Shown one piece after another: positions 1-9,233 of a DNA stretch of 64,000 nt (within the stretch, counting starts at the first letter, position 1; each line of letters opens with the position of its first letter). Below the pieces are notes generated by a model. That model saw only the letters and a list, made by a program, of their open reading frames with translations. It searched no databases and had not been told where the DNA came from. Location: assembly GCA_965203465.1 (NCBI GenBank), contig CBDBCR010000001.1, positions 96,001 to 160,000 of the forward strand, read 5' to 3'. Source of the stretch: Nitrosopumilaceae archaeon. GTDB lineage: Archaea; Thermoproteota; Nitrososphaeria; Nitrososphaerales; Nitrosopumilaceae. The position numbers and the translations under genes were made by a program.

Positions 1-763
1 CGACCGTGACCAGCCCCTGCCTCTCCAGCCGCTTGACGGTGCGCCACATCGTGGTGCGCGGCAGCAGGAACTTTTTGCGCAGGTCGCTCTCCAGCGCCTG
101 CCCCCCGTTCTCGGTTATGAAGAGCATCAGGGCCCGGTCGTCCTCGCGCATCTGCACCATGTTGTACCCGGAGCGCCTGTAGCGCAGCACGGCAAACGCC
201 GCCGCGGCGGCCGCTGCTGCCGCGCCGATCGCATAGTAGGGCACTGGGTCTGGCGGCGGCGCGGCCGGCGCCACGATGTACGAGACCTCGACGGGCCCCC
301 CGGGCAGCGATATCTGCGTGCGGCCGCCCGAGACCTCAAAGCCCTCCGGGAGGCCGGTCATGCCCACTATCGCGGCGCCCTCGGGCAGCTCCAGCTGGAG
401 CCCGGCGGGGGCCTCGGCCGAGAACGTCCACACGCGCCCCTCCTTGGAGACCAAGTCGTGCGCATCGTACTCTACGTCTACGGACGGCGAGCCGAACGCG
501 TCTATGCGGGCGGAGCCGCCCGAGACCTCCGATTCGAGCAAAAAGCCGCCGGCGCCGACGGCCACGAAGTTGTCTATCTGGCTTGCCATCAGGTCCAGCT
601 CCAGCGGCCCGGCGGCTAGCGGGTCGGAGTCGGCCGAGGCCGAGACGTGGGCGGTCCCGTCCGGGAACACCGTGACGCTGGCCGCGCGCAGGGCCCCCGC
701 GGCCGAGGGGGCCAGCACCGAGGCCGCCACGGCCACCGCCAGCACCATAGACGCCCTGCCCAT
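1..763 (-). CDS. Secreted/membrane-anchored protein with C-terminal cytoplasmic winged-HTH (3' end runs off the window)
   Basis: Manual translation from ATG 763: signal-like MGRASMVLAVAVAASVLA, TM segment YYAIGAAAAAAAAFAVL, then wHTH-like ESDLRKKFLLPRTTMWRTVKRLERQGLV. Absent from the ORF track because it has no stop in the window. Confidence 0.75.
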   Translation of the reverse strand, partial: MGRASMVLAVAVAASVLAPSAAGALRAASVTVFPDGTAHVSASADSDPLAAGPLELDLMASQIDNFVAVGAGGFLLESEVSGGSARIDAFGSPSVDVEYDAHDLVSKEGRVWTFSAEAPAGLQLELPEGAAIVGMTGLPEGFEVSGGRTQISLPGGPVEVSYIVAPAAPPPDPVPYYAIGAAAAAAAAAFAVLRYRRSGYNMVQMREDDRALMLFITENGGQALESDLRKKFLLPRTTMWRTVKRLERQGLVTV

Positions 764-807
764 CCGGGCGCAGGTGCTGGCAGTCCGTACAAAAAGCATT
801 CCGTCCG

Positions 808-1089
808 TCAAAGCCCGAACCCCTCCATCACGCCCTGGAAGGCCCTCAGGTGCCCGAAGAACTCTATACCGTTGGAGGTGAGGGAGAAGACCCGGTTGCG
901 CCCGGCCCTGTGCGATTCCACCAGGCCGGCGGAGGCCAGCCTCTCGCACTTTTGGACAGTCGCGCTGTGGGGCAGGTTGGCCTTGCGCGATATCACCGAG
1001 ACTATGACGCCGTCCCTGCCCCCCTCGGAGGCCGCGCTCAGGATGTCGCCCATGATGGCCACGTCCGACCGGTACTTCACGGGTACCAT
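808..1089 (-). CDS. Small archaeal winged-HTH transcriptional regulator
   Basis: YRSDVAIMGDIL...SVISRKANL...LASAGLV...FSLTSNG resembles the archaeal HTH_45-type wHTH pattern. Confidence 0.75.
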   Translation of the reverse strand: MVPVKYRSDVAIMGDILSAASEGGRDGVIVSVISRKANLPHSATVQKCERLASAGLVESHRAGRNRVFSLTSNGIEFFGHLRAFQGVMEGFGL

Positions 1090-1203
1090 ATGGGGGCGGG
1101 GGGTTATCAGGTGCGCGCTGAAACGCCTGGAACGGCCCGGTCAGGCGCGGATGCGCGCGGCAGAGCGGCCCCCGGCGCCCCGCTTGGAACGGCTGGAACG
1201 GCC

Positions 1204-1806
1204 CTAGCGCAGCTTTACGGTCAGTTCCTGCCCGTTGCCGACCGGGACCGTGGCCGTGCGGGCCCCGGGCATGGCCCGGATGCGCCCGGCGTACGCCTCC
1301 ATGAGGGGGCGGTACTTTTCGGGGTACAGCATGTTGTCGGTGCCCACCAGGCCGCCCGGCTCGAGCATCCCGAAGGCCAGGTCGAAATAGGCCGGCGCGT
1401 TCTCCTTGTCCGCGTCGATGAACGCAAAGTCGAACGAGCGCCCCTGCCCGGCCAGGTCCTTGAGCACGTCGAGCGCCTCGCCGCGCATCACCGTCACCCT
1501 GTCCGAGACGCCCGCCTCGGCCAGGTTCTTCTCGGCCCTCTCGGCCTTTGCGGCGTCGCGCTCGACTGTCACGACGCGGCCCCCGGCCGCCGAGGCGGCG
1601 AACCAGATGGTCGAATACCCCGCGGAGGTGCCCACCTCTAGCACGCGCGAGGCGCCGGCAGCCTCCAACAAAACGCTGTAGAACCTGCCCGTATCGGAGG
1701 TTATGGCCAGCATCCTCTCTGCCCGCGGCACGTCCGCCTCGCCGGCGCGCTCCAAGTCGGCCTGCCGGCCCAGACTCTCTAGCACTTTTCGGGCGCGCGC
1801 GTCCAA
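1204..1806 (-). CDS. Class I SAM-dependent O-methyltransferase
   Basis: VLEVGTSAGYS SAM motif; FDFAFIDADK; GGLVGTDN. Confidence 0.9.
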   Translation of the reverse strand: MDARARKVLESLGRQADLERAGEADVPRAERMLAITSDTGRFYSVLLEAAGASRVLEVGTSAGYSTIWFAASAAGGRVVTVERDAAKAERAEKNLAEAGVSDRVTVMRGEALDVLKDLAGQGRSFDFAFIDADKENAPAYFDLAFGMLEPGGLVGTDNMLYPEKYRPLMEAYAGRIRAMPGARTATVPVGNGQELTVKLR

Positions 1807-1873
1807 CGGCCCGGCGCCGTGGCGGGCCCATATGTTTCATTGAGGTTATATTCGGAGGCGCGGGGCCGCGCGC

Positions 1874-2236
1874 GTGGTCGATACGTACATGCTAGTCGAG
1901 GACCTGATGGAGATCTCGGAGGACCTGCGCTTCGTGGGCATCGTGGATCTGGAGGGCCACTTTTTGGACGGGATGGTCAACGACAGGACTACCGACGCCC
2001 TGCAGGAGGCCCAGATGAGCCTGTGCGAAAAGCTGGGAGAGCACCGCCGCGCGCAGGAGGAGCTGGACGGCAGCCTGGGCCGCCTGAGGTACGAGCACGT
2101 GGAGCGCGAATCGGTGACCGAGATCTCGCTGTACATGGGCCGGCACACGGTCCACCTAGCCTTGGAGCCCGAGGCGCCCGCGGAGGACAAGATGGCCCTG
2201 ATACGCAAGGTTGAAAAGGCAGCCTCGGAGCTGTGA
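1874..2236 (+). CDS. Small roadblock/profilin-like thaumarchaeal protein
   Basis: LRFVGIVDLEGH...LGRLRY...ERESV pattern; host-like codon usage; AT-rich promoter-like stretch upstream. Confidence 0.6.
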   Translation: MVDTYMLVEDLMEISEDLRFVGIVDLEGHFLDGMVNDRTTDALQEAQMSLCEKLGEHRRAQEELDGSLGRLRYEHVERESVTEISLYMGRHTVHLALEPEAPAEDKMALIRKVEKAASEL

Positions 2237-2239
2237 GGC

Positions 2240-2533
2240 ATGGGCCTGCGCATTCTGGTGGACGAAAACGACGACGGGATGGCCGGCTGGCTGCGCTCCA
2301 AGGGATACGATGTGGAGAGCGTGCGCGAGCTCAAAAAGGAGGACGAGCTCATGGGCCACGACTACAACGTGATAAAGCGCGCCCACGAAAAGGACATGAT
2401 CCTGATAACGCGCGACGCCGCGGTGATCTCGGCCTGCCGCGCCAACGGCATAAAGTGCATCTCGGTGGAAGAGGATGTCATCCGCAGGTACGTGCTAGAC
2501 GAGATAGTCAAGCTCAAAGGGGGCGCCCAATAA
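2240..2533 (+). CDS. DUF5615/Mut7-C PIN-like domain protein
   Basis: ILVDEN...WLRSKGYDV...DYNVIKRA...ILITRD PIN-like motifs. Confidence 0.8.
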   Translation: MGLRILVDENDDGMAGWLRSKGYDVESVRELKKEDELMGHDYNVIKRAHEKDMILITRDAAVISACRANGIKCISVEEDVIRRYVLDEIVKLKGGAQ

Positions 2534-2567
2534 TGCTTTTAACTGCGGGGCAGGCGGCGAAAGGCAG

Positions 2568-3029
2568 ATGTTCGGCAAGCTCAAGCGCAGGAGCGGCGGA
2601 GTGATGGCAGAGCGCGAGATGGAGCCCCGGGAGGCGCCGGCCGCCGGGCAGTCCGGCAGCGAGGTGGGCATAGCCGGCCTGATGAACAAGCGCGCCCAGC
2701 TGGTCACGGCCATAGACGGCGTCGGCCTGATGATAAAGCAGATGAAGGAAAAGAGGACCGGCCTGGAAAAAGAGATCGAGGAAGAATCGGTCGAGATAAA
2801 GAACCTCAAAGAGACGCTCGTGAAAGTAAAAGAGTACATCGAAGAAGAGGGGCGCGGCCTCGCCGAGCTGGCAAGGAAAAGGTCGGGCGTGGAGCAGGAG
2901 GCAGACGAGGTCGCGCAGCTGATATCGGAGATGCGCGAGAGGCTGGCGGGCCTCGACGGAATAATCGAGACCGAAGGGCGCAGCATCATGCAGGTAAAGC
3001 AGTCGAGAGAAGCGGCAACCGGCGCCTAG
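2568..3029 (+). CDS. Coiled-coil hypothetical protein
   Basis: E/K-rich heptad pattern; TTTAA promoter-like element upstream. Confidence 0.7.
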   Translation: MFGKLKRRSGGVMAEREMEPREAPAAGQSGSEVGIAGLMNKRAQLVTAIDGVGLMIKQMKEKRTGLEKEIEEESVEIKNLKETLVKVKEYIEEEGRGLAELARKRSGVEQEADEVAQLISEMRERLAGLDGIIETEGRSIMQVKQSREAATGA

Positions 3030-3670
3030 ACGAACTTTGTCTCGGCCGACGCAGAGTCGGGCATGGACGGAAACTTTGCGTCGACGGCGCTCTCTGCAAC
3101 TGCGGCTGCCTCTTTGAGTATCCGGTCTGCCTCCTCGCTTGCCGGCGCGTCGGCGGCGAACGCGGAATCTCCCGAGAACGAGTCCACCATGAACCCGCCG
3201 AGCATCTCGCCCATGCCTGCAATCTCGCGGTCGGCCTCGGGCATGAACTTTGAGAGCGAGGATTTCATGTTCTTCATCAGGCCGATGGTCGGCATTATGG
3301 TCACCACCGTGTCCCCCAGGTCGTTGTACGTGGCCAGGCGCAGCTCTATCTTTTCGAGCGACATTTTCGCGTTGCCCAGCACCTTGGAGACCTTGCGCAC
3401 CTCGGCCAGCTCGCCGGAGAGCACCCTGCTTGCGTGCGCGTCGTGCTGCTGCGTGGCCTCGACGAGCCTCTCGAATATCTTGGCGTCGCGCTCGCGCAGC
3501 TTGGCCAGCATGCCGTCCAGCTTGGCGGTCTGCTGCTCTATCCTCTGTATGGCAGCCTTGACCCGCGGCTTGAGCGGGCCCTTGGGCTTGAACGCCTCGC
3601 CCAGCCGGGCCCCCACGGGGGTCGGGGGCGGCCTGTTCCAGTCCTTGGCTATGTTGGCCACGGCGTACAT
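3026..3670 (-). CDS. ESCRT-III/Snf7 family protein (CdvB paralog)
   Basis: Snf7 helical pattern (ELAEVRKVSK...LEKIELRL...DLGD...MPEA), acidic C-terminus ending KFPSMP. Confidence 0.85.
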   Translation of the reverse strand: MYAVANIAKDWNRPPPTPVGARLGEAFKPKGPLKPRVKAAIQRIEQQTAKLDGMLAKLRERDAKIFERLVEATQQHDAHASRVLSGELAEVRKVSKVLGNAKMSLEKIELRLATYNDLGDTVVTIMPTIGLMKNMKSSLSKFMPEADREIAGMGEMLGGFMVDSFSGDSAFAADAPASEEADRILKEAAAVAESAVDAKFPSMPDSASAETKFV

Positions 3671-3763
3671 CGCGCGTTCCGTACTTAATCGGCGGGGTCA
3701 AACAGAGCTAACCGCGTGTCAAATTTCGCAGACCTTATTAGCGGCCCCCCGCCGGGTATCGCC

Positions 3764-4201
3764 GTGAAGCGCGTACTGCTGGCAGCCGCCGCGGTGGCGG
3801 CGGTGGCGGTCGCCGCGCTGGCCCTGGCGCCGGGCCCCGAGCGCGACCCCGACTGGAGGCCGTTCCACGCCACCCTGGCCGATCCGGACCTGTACGAGGG
3901 CGGCGTGTACCAGAGGACCTTCGAGCTCAACCCGGGCAGCTACGAGCTGCGGTTCGTGCCCAACGGGGACAGCCCCCGGGTGCTGACCGTGTCCATGAGC
4001 GGGCAGACCGTCTCGTTCGAGCGCGACTTTGAGCTGCGCGGCACGCTCCACCAGACGGGCATATCCGAGTACTACACGTGGGAATACCTGGGCGAAAAGT
4101 CGGTGGTCGCAGAGGAGGCCCAGCAGATCCGGGTGACCGTGGACCCGCACGGCAACCTGCTAGGGCCCGTCTCGGTAAGCCTGTTGAAAGAAGAGGCGTG
4201 A
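3764..4201 (+). CDS. Secreted/membrane-anchored hypothetical protein
   Basis: GTG start, KR followed by a hydrophobic N-terminus, beta-rich body. Confidence 0.7.
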   Translation: MKRVLLAAAAVAAVAVAALALAPGPERDPDWRPFHATLADPDLYEGGVYQRTFELNPGSYELRFVPNGDSPRVLTVSMSGQTVSFERDFELRGTLHQTGISEYYTWEYLGEKSVVAEEAQQIRVTVDPHGNLLGPVSVSLLKEEA

Positions 4202-4313
4202 TCTCGATACAGAACGTGAGAGATTTCCTCTCGGGCAGGCCGTACGCCTGCACTAGCCCCTGTTCTGCGAGACCACGCACCCTTTAGTCGATAGTTTGTG
4301 CTATCGGCATGCC
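4196..4313 (-). ncRNA. Putative structured non-coding RNA (5' hairpin plus multi-stem junction)
   Basis: Nested helices GCGTGGTCTCG/CGAGATCACGC, CAGAAC/GTTCTG, GCAGGC/GCCTGC, GAGAG/CTCTC, CGATAG/CTATCG; TATA-like TTAAATAG at 4331-4338 on the minus strand. Confidence 0.5.
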
Positions 4314-4421
4314 CTATGTAGGAAATACAACTATTTAACACCTAGCCTGCGTTTTACCGGTCGGAGCGGCCGATTCCCGCAATTTTTACGCAAAACCGCC
4401 GATATGGTTGAAGCCACCGAT

Positions 4422-6527
4422 CTAGGCCTGCGCCTGCGGTGGCGCGCCGCCCGAGACCAGATCCAGGGCCGCGTCCATGTCCCGCTGCGTGACGAGGATC
4501 TCGCCGCCGCCCGAGACGTGGCGCCGCAGCGCGGCCAGGGCGGCCCGCTCGCACACCGCCTCGAGCTGCGCGCCGCTGAGCCCCCCGGCGCGGCGCGCCA
4601 GGGCCCCGAGGTCGACGCCGGCCGTCGGCTTGGAGCTTGTATGTATGGCCAGTATCTTTTCGCGGCTCTTTAGGTCGGGCAGCGGCACCTCGACTACGCG
4701 GTCGAACCTGCCGGGGCGCATCAGCGCCGGATCCAGCATGTCGGGGCGGTTGGTGGCAGCGACCACCACCACGCCCTGCAATTCTTCGAGCCCGTCCATC
4801 TCGGTGAGCATCTGCGAGACGACGTTCTCGGAGGCGCGCGACGAATCCGAGCCGCTGCGCCGGGGGGCCAGCGCGTCGATCTCGTCAAAGAACACCACGC
4901 ACGGGGCCGCCTGCCTGGCCTTGCGGAATATCTCGCGCACGCCCTTTTCGGATTCGCCGACCCACTTTGAAAAGAGCTCCGGGCCCTTTACGCTGATAAA
5001 GTTGGAGTCAGTCATGCGCGCCACGGCCTTTGCTATCAGCGTCTTGCCCGTGCCGGGCGGGCCGTGCAGCAGTATGCCGGCCGGCGCCGAGACGCCGGCG
5101 CGCTCGAACGCCTCGCGGTGCAGCAGCGGCCACTCTATGGCCTCGCGCAGCTCCTCCTTGAGCTTGTCCAGGCCGCCCACGTCGTCCCACGAGACGTCGG
5201 GCACCTGCACGAGCACCTCGCGCAGCGCCGACGGGCGCACCTCCTTTAGCGCGCCGGCCAGATCCCCGGTGGTGATGCGGATCTTTTCGAGCGTCTCGGC
5301 CGGCACCCTGCCCCCGCCCAAGTCCACGCCGGGCAGGACGCGCCGCAGCGCGGCCATGGCCGCCTCCTTTGCCAGCGACTCCAGGTCGGCGCCGACAAAG
5401 CCGTGCGTGGCCCGGGCCGCGCGGTCCAGGTCGGCCGACCCGTCGAGCGGCATGCCGCGCGTGTGTATGGCCAGTATCTCGCGGCGGCCGGCCTCGTCGG
5501 GTATCCCTATCTCGATCTCGCGGTCGAACCTGCCGGGCCGCCGCAGGGCCGGATCTATGGAATCGGGCCTGTTGGTGGCCGCGAGCACCACCACCTTGCC
5601 GCGCGAGCGTATCCCGTCCATGAGGGTGAGCAGCTGGGAGACGACGCGCTTTTCGACCTCGCCGGAGACCTCGTCGCGCTTTGGCGCGATCGAATCGAGC
5701 TCGTCTATGAAGACTATGGACGGCGCCTCACGGCCGGCCTGCTCGAAGACCGAGCGCACGCGCTCCTCGCTCTCGCCGTGGTACTTGCCCATGATCTCGG
5801 GGCCGCTGAGCGAAAAGAACCGCGCGTCGGTCTCGCCGGCCACCGCGCGGGCCAGCAGGGTCTTGCCCGTGCCGGGCGGGCCGTACAGCAGCACGCCCTT
5901 GGGCGCCTCGACCCCGATCCTCTCGAAGAGCTCGGGGTGCCGCATGGGCAGCTCTACCATCTCGCGTATCTTGCGGACCTCGCCGCGCAGGCCGCCGAGA
6001 TCGTCGTAGGTGACGCGCGGCGCCGAGGCGTCGACGGTCTTTGTCATGGGGCCCGCCTCGAAGCGCGTCAGATCCGAGACGATCACCGGGCCGGCCGGCC
6101 TGGTGGCGGTCACCACGAACTGCGCGCGCCCGCCCATGCGGGTGCTCAGCGAGACGGTGTCCCCCACGGTGAAGACGTGGTTGGCGTAGTTGGCCGCCAT
6201 GTAGTCGTGCAGGCCGCCGGCCTCTATCTTTTCGGTGGGCGAGAGCGTGACCGCCTCCGCGGGGGGCGCCTCGACGGCGCGCGCGGAGACGCGGTCGCCG
6301 ATGCCGGCGCCGATGTTGCGGCGCGTCACGCCGTCGACGCGGATCGTCCCGGCCCCTCCGGGCGGCGCCGGCCACGCCTTTACGTGCGACTTGCGGTTGT
6401 GCACCAGCTCGATTATCTGCCCGCTACTCCACCCGTTGCCGCGCATGTCCTCCGGGTCCACTAGGGCCCGGCCGCGCCCCACGTGCTGTTGGGGGATCTC
6501 GCCTACCGCGAATTTCTTGCCTTCCAT
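4422..6527 (-). CDS. cdc48: CDC48/VAT family AAA+ ATPase
   Basis: Two Walker A motifs GPPGTGKT, Walker B IDE/FDE, RPGRFDR arginine fingers, N-domain. Confidence 0.97.
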   Translation of the reverse strand: MEGKKFAVGEIPQQHVGRGRALVDPEDMRGNGWSSGQIIELVHNRKSHVKAWPAPPGGAGTIRVDGVTRRNIGAGIGDRVSARAVEAPPAEAVTLSPTEKIEAGGLHDYMAANYANHVFTVGDTVSLSTRMGGRAQFVVTATRPAGPVIVSDLTRFEAGPMTKTVDASAPRVTYDDLGGLRGEVRKIREMVELPMRHPELFERIGVEAPKGVLLYGPPGTGKTLLARAVAGETDARFFSLSGPEIMGKYHGESEERVRSVFEQAGREAPSIVFIDELDSIAPKRDEVSGEVEKRVVSQLLTLMDGIRSRGKVVVLAATNRPDSIDPALRRPGRFDREIEIGIPDEAGRREILAIHTRGMPLDGSADLDRAARATHGFVGADLESLAKEAAMAALRRVLPGVDLGGGRVPAETLEKIRITTGDLAGALKEVRPSALREVLVQVPDVSWDDVGGLDKLKEELREAIEWPLLHREAFERAGVSAPAGILLHGPPGTGKTLIAKAVARMTDSNFISVKGPELFSKWVGESEKGVREIFRKARQAAPCVVFFDEIDALAPRRSGSDSSRASENVVSQMLTEMDGLEELQGVVVVAATNRPDMLDPALMRPGRFDRVVEVPLPDLKSREKILAIHTSSKPTAGVDLGALARRAGGLSGAQLEAVCERAALAALRRHVSGGGEILVTQRDMDAALDLVSGGAPPQAQA

Positions 6528-6556
6528 CGTATCACCATAAAAAGAAAAAAGGGGGG

Positions 6557-7024
6557 TTAGGCTACCTCCACGGTCTTGCCGGTCTGCGCGCCGGGGGCCG
6601 CCTCGAACGAGATCTCGAGGATCCCGTTCTTGTAGGACGCCCTCGCGGAATCGCGGTCGACGGGATCGCCGAGGGGCACGCGCGCGCGGTACTTTTTGTC
6701 GCCGCGCTCGGCCTTGATCTCGACGTGCTCGTCCTGGGCCACGATCTTGATGTCGCCCTTTTCGACCCCGGGCATCTCGGCCACCAGCTTTACGCCGCCG
6801 TTCTTTTCGTCGACTATGGTATCGACGGGCGGCTGCCGGCCCTGCGTGCCAGGTAGCGTGTCGGGCCGCGCGTTCCCGTACTCGCGCACCACGGGCCTCC
6901 CGTCCGGTCCTACCGTCAGGGTGTAGCCGTAGCAGACGGGTCCGCCGGCACCCTCCAGGCTCTCCAGGTCGAACGCCCTGGCCAGCCGTTGGAGGAGTCT
7001 GTCATATTCGCCAAACACTGTCAT
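6557..7024 (-). CDS. hsp20: Archaeal small heat shock protein Hsp20
   Basis: [38 protein letters not shown]-terminal VEV. Confidence 0.93.
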   Translation of the reverse strand: MTVFGEYDRLLQRLARAFDLESLEGAGGPVCYGYTLTVGPDGRPVVREYGNARPDTLPGTQGRQPPVDTIVDEKNGGVKLVAEMPGVEKGDIKIVAQDEHVEIKAERGDKKYRARVPLGDPVDRDSARASYKNGILEISFEAAPGAQTGKTVEVA

Positions 7025-7036
7025 AACACCTTGTCT

Positions 7037-7062
7037 ATGTCACGCATATGACATTATATAAA
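7037..7062 (-). promoter_or_regulatory. hsp20-cdc48 promoter: TATA box with adjacent palindrome
   Basis: TTTATATAAT (minus strand, 7053-7062) abuts ATGTCA-N6-TGACAT (7037-7054). Confidence 0.55.
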
Positions 7063-7243
7063 CATTGGGGGTTTTCCCGGAAATGGCGCAGATCGGATCT
7101 TTTTCGGTCTATGTCGGATATCCGGCGACGAATTCAGGCGTACGCGTTTGGACAAAGGCCGGAAACTGGTTTCCGGCTCTGAATCCCACCTGTCCGGTAC
7201 GTGACACAAATGAAATATTAGTCGCGCCTGCCCCTCCCGGGGC

Positions 7244-7888
7244 GTGAGGACAGGATCGGTGCAGGAGGCGGTCAGGGGGATAATGGCCGGAAACCGCGCC
7301 GTGCTCGACTGCATGAGGATGGAGATAATCAACTACACGGCCCTGGCCGCCCGGATGCAGCCCGAGGTCGAGAGGCGGGTGGGCGCGCCGGTCAACCTCA
7401 ACACCGTGGTGGTCGCCGTCAAGCGGTATTCTGACTCGCTAAAGGGCGAGGCGTACAGGCCGGACGGCTCGGCCATGAGGGACGCGAGGCTCACGCTGAC
7501 CGACGGCATGGTGGACATACGGGTGTCGGCCGAGGGCGGGGCCGCCGGGCTGCTGGAGCGCTTTTCGGCGGTCTCGGCCGAGCACGAGGTCTTCGGGGAT
7601 TCGGGCGCGCTGCGGATACTGGCCGAAGATTTGGACGCGGTCAGGCGCCTCGCGGGCTCTGTCGGGGAGCTGAGCTCGGGCCTCGCCAAGATAAACATCG
7701 CCGTGCCGCCCGGCGGCAGCGGCTCGGAGATAGCCTCGTTCGTGGCCCAAGAGCTGCGCGCGGCCGGCGTGGAGCTGGTAGACGCCCACTTTACCCGCGA
7801 AAAGATAGTCATAGTGCTCGACGAGGCCGACGCCTCGCGGGCCTACGAGGCCCTGCGCGCCGGCATGGCCGGCCTGCAAGGCATTTAA
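7244..7888 (+). CDS. Archaeal HTH + ACT-like domain protein
   Basis: IINYTALA...VVVAVKRY N-terminus with an ACT-like C-terminal region. Confidence 0.7.
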   Translation: MRTGSVQEAVRGIMAGNRAVLDCMRMEIINYTALAARMQPEVERRVGAPVNLNTVVVAVKRYSDSLKGEAYRPDGSAMRDARLTLTDGMVDIRVSAEGGAAGLLERFSAVSAEHEVFGDSGALRILAEDLDAVRRLAGSVGELSSGLAKINIAVPPGGSGSEIASFVAQELRAAGVELVDAHFTREKIVIVLDEADASRAYEALRAGMAGLQGI

Positions 7889-7892
7889 TAGA

Positions 7893-9233
7893 ATGGCGGG
7901 GCAGTCCGCGGCGGTGGGCTCGGACAGGAAAAAGCGCGTGGTGGTTCTGGGGGGCGGCTTTGCCGGGGTGCTGTGCGTCAGGAAGCTGGAGGAGCACCTG
8001 GGCGACGAGGCGGAGATAGTCATGGTCAGCGAGGACAACTTTTGGCTGTTCACGCCCATGCTGCCGCAGGTGGCCGCGGGCACCATAGAGTCCAGGCACG
8101 TGGTGCTGCCGATAAGGACGGTGGTCAAAAAGGCGGCCTTTTACGAGGGGCGCATAAAGAACATCGACCCGTACGGGAAGGTGGTCGACTTGGAGGGCAC
8201 GGACGGCAGGCGCGGCGCCTCGCTAAAGTACGACTATCTGGTTCTCGGGATGGGCAGCGAGACCAACTTTTTCGGCATGAAGGACCTGGAAAAGAACGCC
8301 TACCAGATGAAGACGCTGAGCGACGCGGTGATGGTGCGCAACAGGATAATAGACATGCTCGAAAAGGCCGAGAACGAGGACGACCCCATACTGCGCAGGA
8401 GCATGCTGACGTTCGTGGTCGTCGGCGGCGGGTTCGCCGGCATAGAGACGGCCGGCGAGCTGGAAGATCTCATAGCCGACGTGACAAAGCACTACAGGCA
8501 CATCTCGCGCGGCGACGCCGAGGTCATGGTGCTCGAGGCCGGCTCCCGGATACTGGCCGGGTTCGAGGACAGCCTGGCCGAGTTCACGAGGGAAAAGCTC
8601 GCCGGGCGCGGGATAGAGATATCCCTGAGGTCCGCGGTGAGCAGCTTTGACGGGAGCGAGGCGATCGTAAAGAGCCTGGACGGGGGCGAGTCGCGCGCCA
8701 TCCAGACAAAGACCGTCATCTGGACGGCCGGCGTCACGCCCGTCTCAACCATAAAGCGATCCCTCTTCAAGACCGAAAAGGGCAAGGTCGTCGTGGACGG
8801 CCACATGGGAGTGCCCGAGTTTCCCGGCGTGTACGCGATAGGCGACTGCGCCCTGTTCACGGACGGCGGGGCGCCGCTGCCCCCCACCGCGCAGGTGGCC
8901 GAGGCCGAGGCCAAGGTGGCCGCGCGCAACATACTCAACGACATACGCGGGGATCCCAGGGTAAAGCTGGCCTACAAGTCCAAGGGCCAGATGGCCGTGG
9001 TGGGCCAGCGCGTCGGCGTCGCGCTGTTCATGGGCGCCAAGATCTACGGGTTTTCCGCGTGGCTGCTGTGGAGGAGCGTCTATCTTTCAAAGATACCCAA
9101 CGGGGAAAAGCGCCTGCGCGTGTTCCTGGACTGGACCATAGACTGGATCTTCGGCAGGGACATCTCGCGCCTAAAGTTCATGCGGCGCGCGCGCGACGAG
9201 CAGACAGAGGCCGACGACCAAGACTTTTGGTGA
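7893..9233 (+). CDS. ndh: Type II NADH dehydrogenase-like FAD oxidoreductase
   Basis: VVLGGGFAG, FTPMLPQVAAG, VVGGGFAGIETAGEL, YAIGDCA, PPTAQVA. Confidence 0.9.
   Translation: MAGQSAAVGSDRKKRVVVLGGGFAGVLCVRKLEEHLGDEAEIVMVSEDNFWLFTPMLPQVAAGTIESRHVVLPIRTVVKKAAFYEGRIKNIDPYGKVVDLEGTDGRRGASLKYDYLVLGMGSETNFFGMKDLEKNAYQMKTLSDAVMVRNRIIDMLEKAENEDDPILRRSMLTFVVVGGGFAGIETAGELEDLIADVTKHYRHISRGDAEVMVLEAGSRILAGFEDSLAEFTREKLAGRGIEISLRSAVSSFDGSEAIVKSLDGGESRAIQTKTVIWTAGVTPVSTIKRSLFKTEKGKVVVDGHMGVPEFPGVYAIGDCALFTDGGAPLPPTAQVAEAEAKVAARNILNDIRGDPRVKLAYKSKGQMAVVGQRVGVALFMGAKIYGFSAWLLWRSVYLSKIPNGEKRLRVFLDWTIDWIFGRDISRLKFMRRARDEQTEADDQDFW

Noticed and set aside
4251-4260. 10-nt complementarity (CACTAGCCCC) of the candidate ncRNA region to the tRNA-Pro anticodon arm
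   Set aside because: Short enough to be chance, and the favoured minus-strand transcript would be sense rather than antisense
7161-7174. GGAA-N6-TTCC as an NrpR nitrogen operator
   Set aside because: Flanking genes are not nitrogen-assimilation genes and the match is part of a longer palindrome; no nrpR in the window
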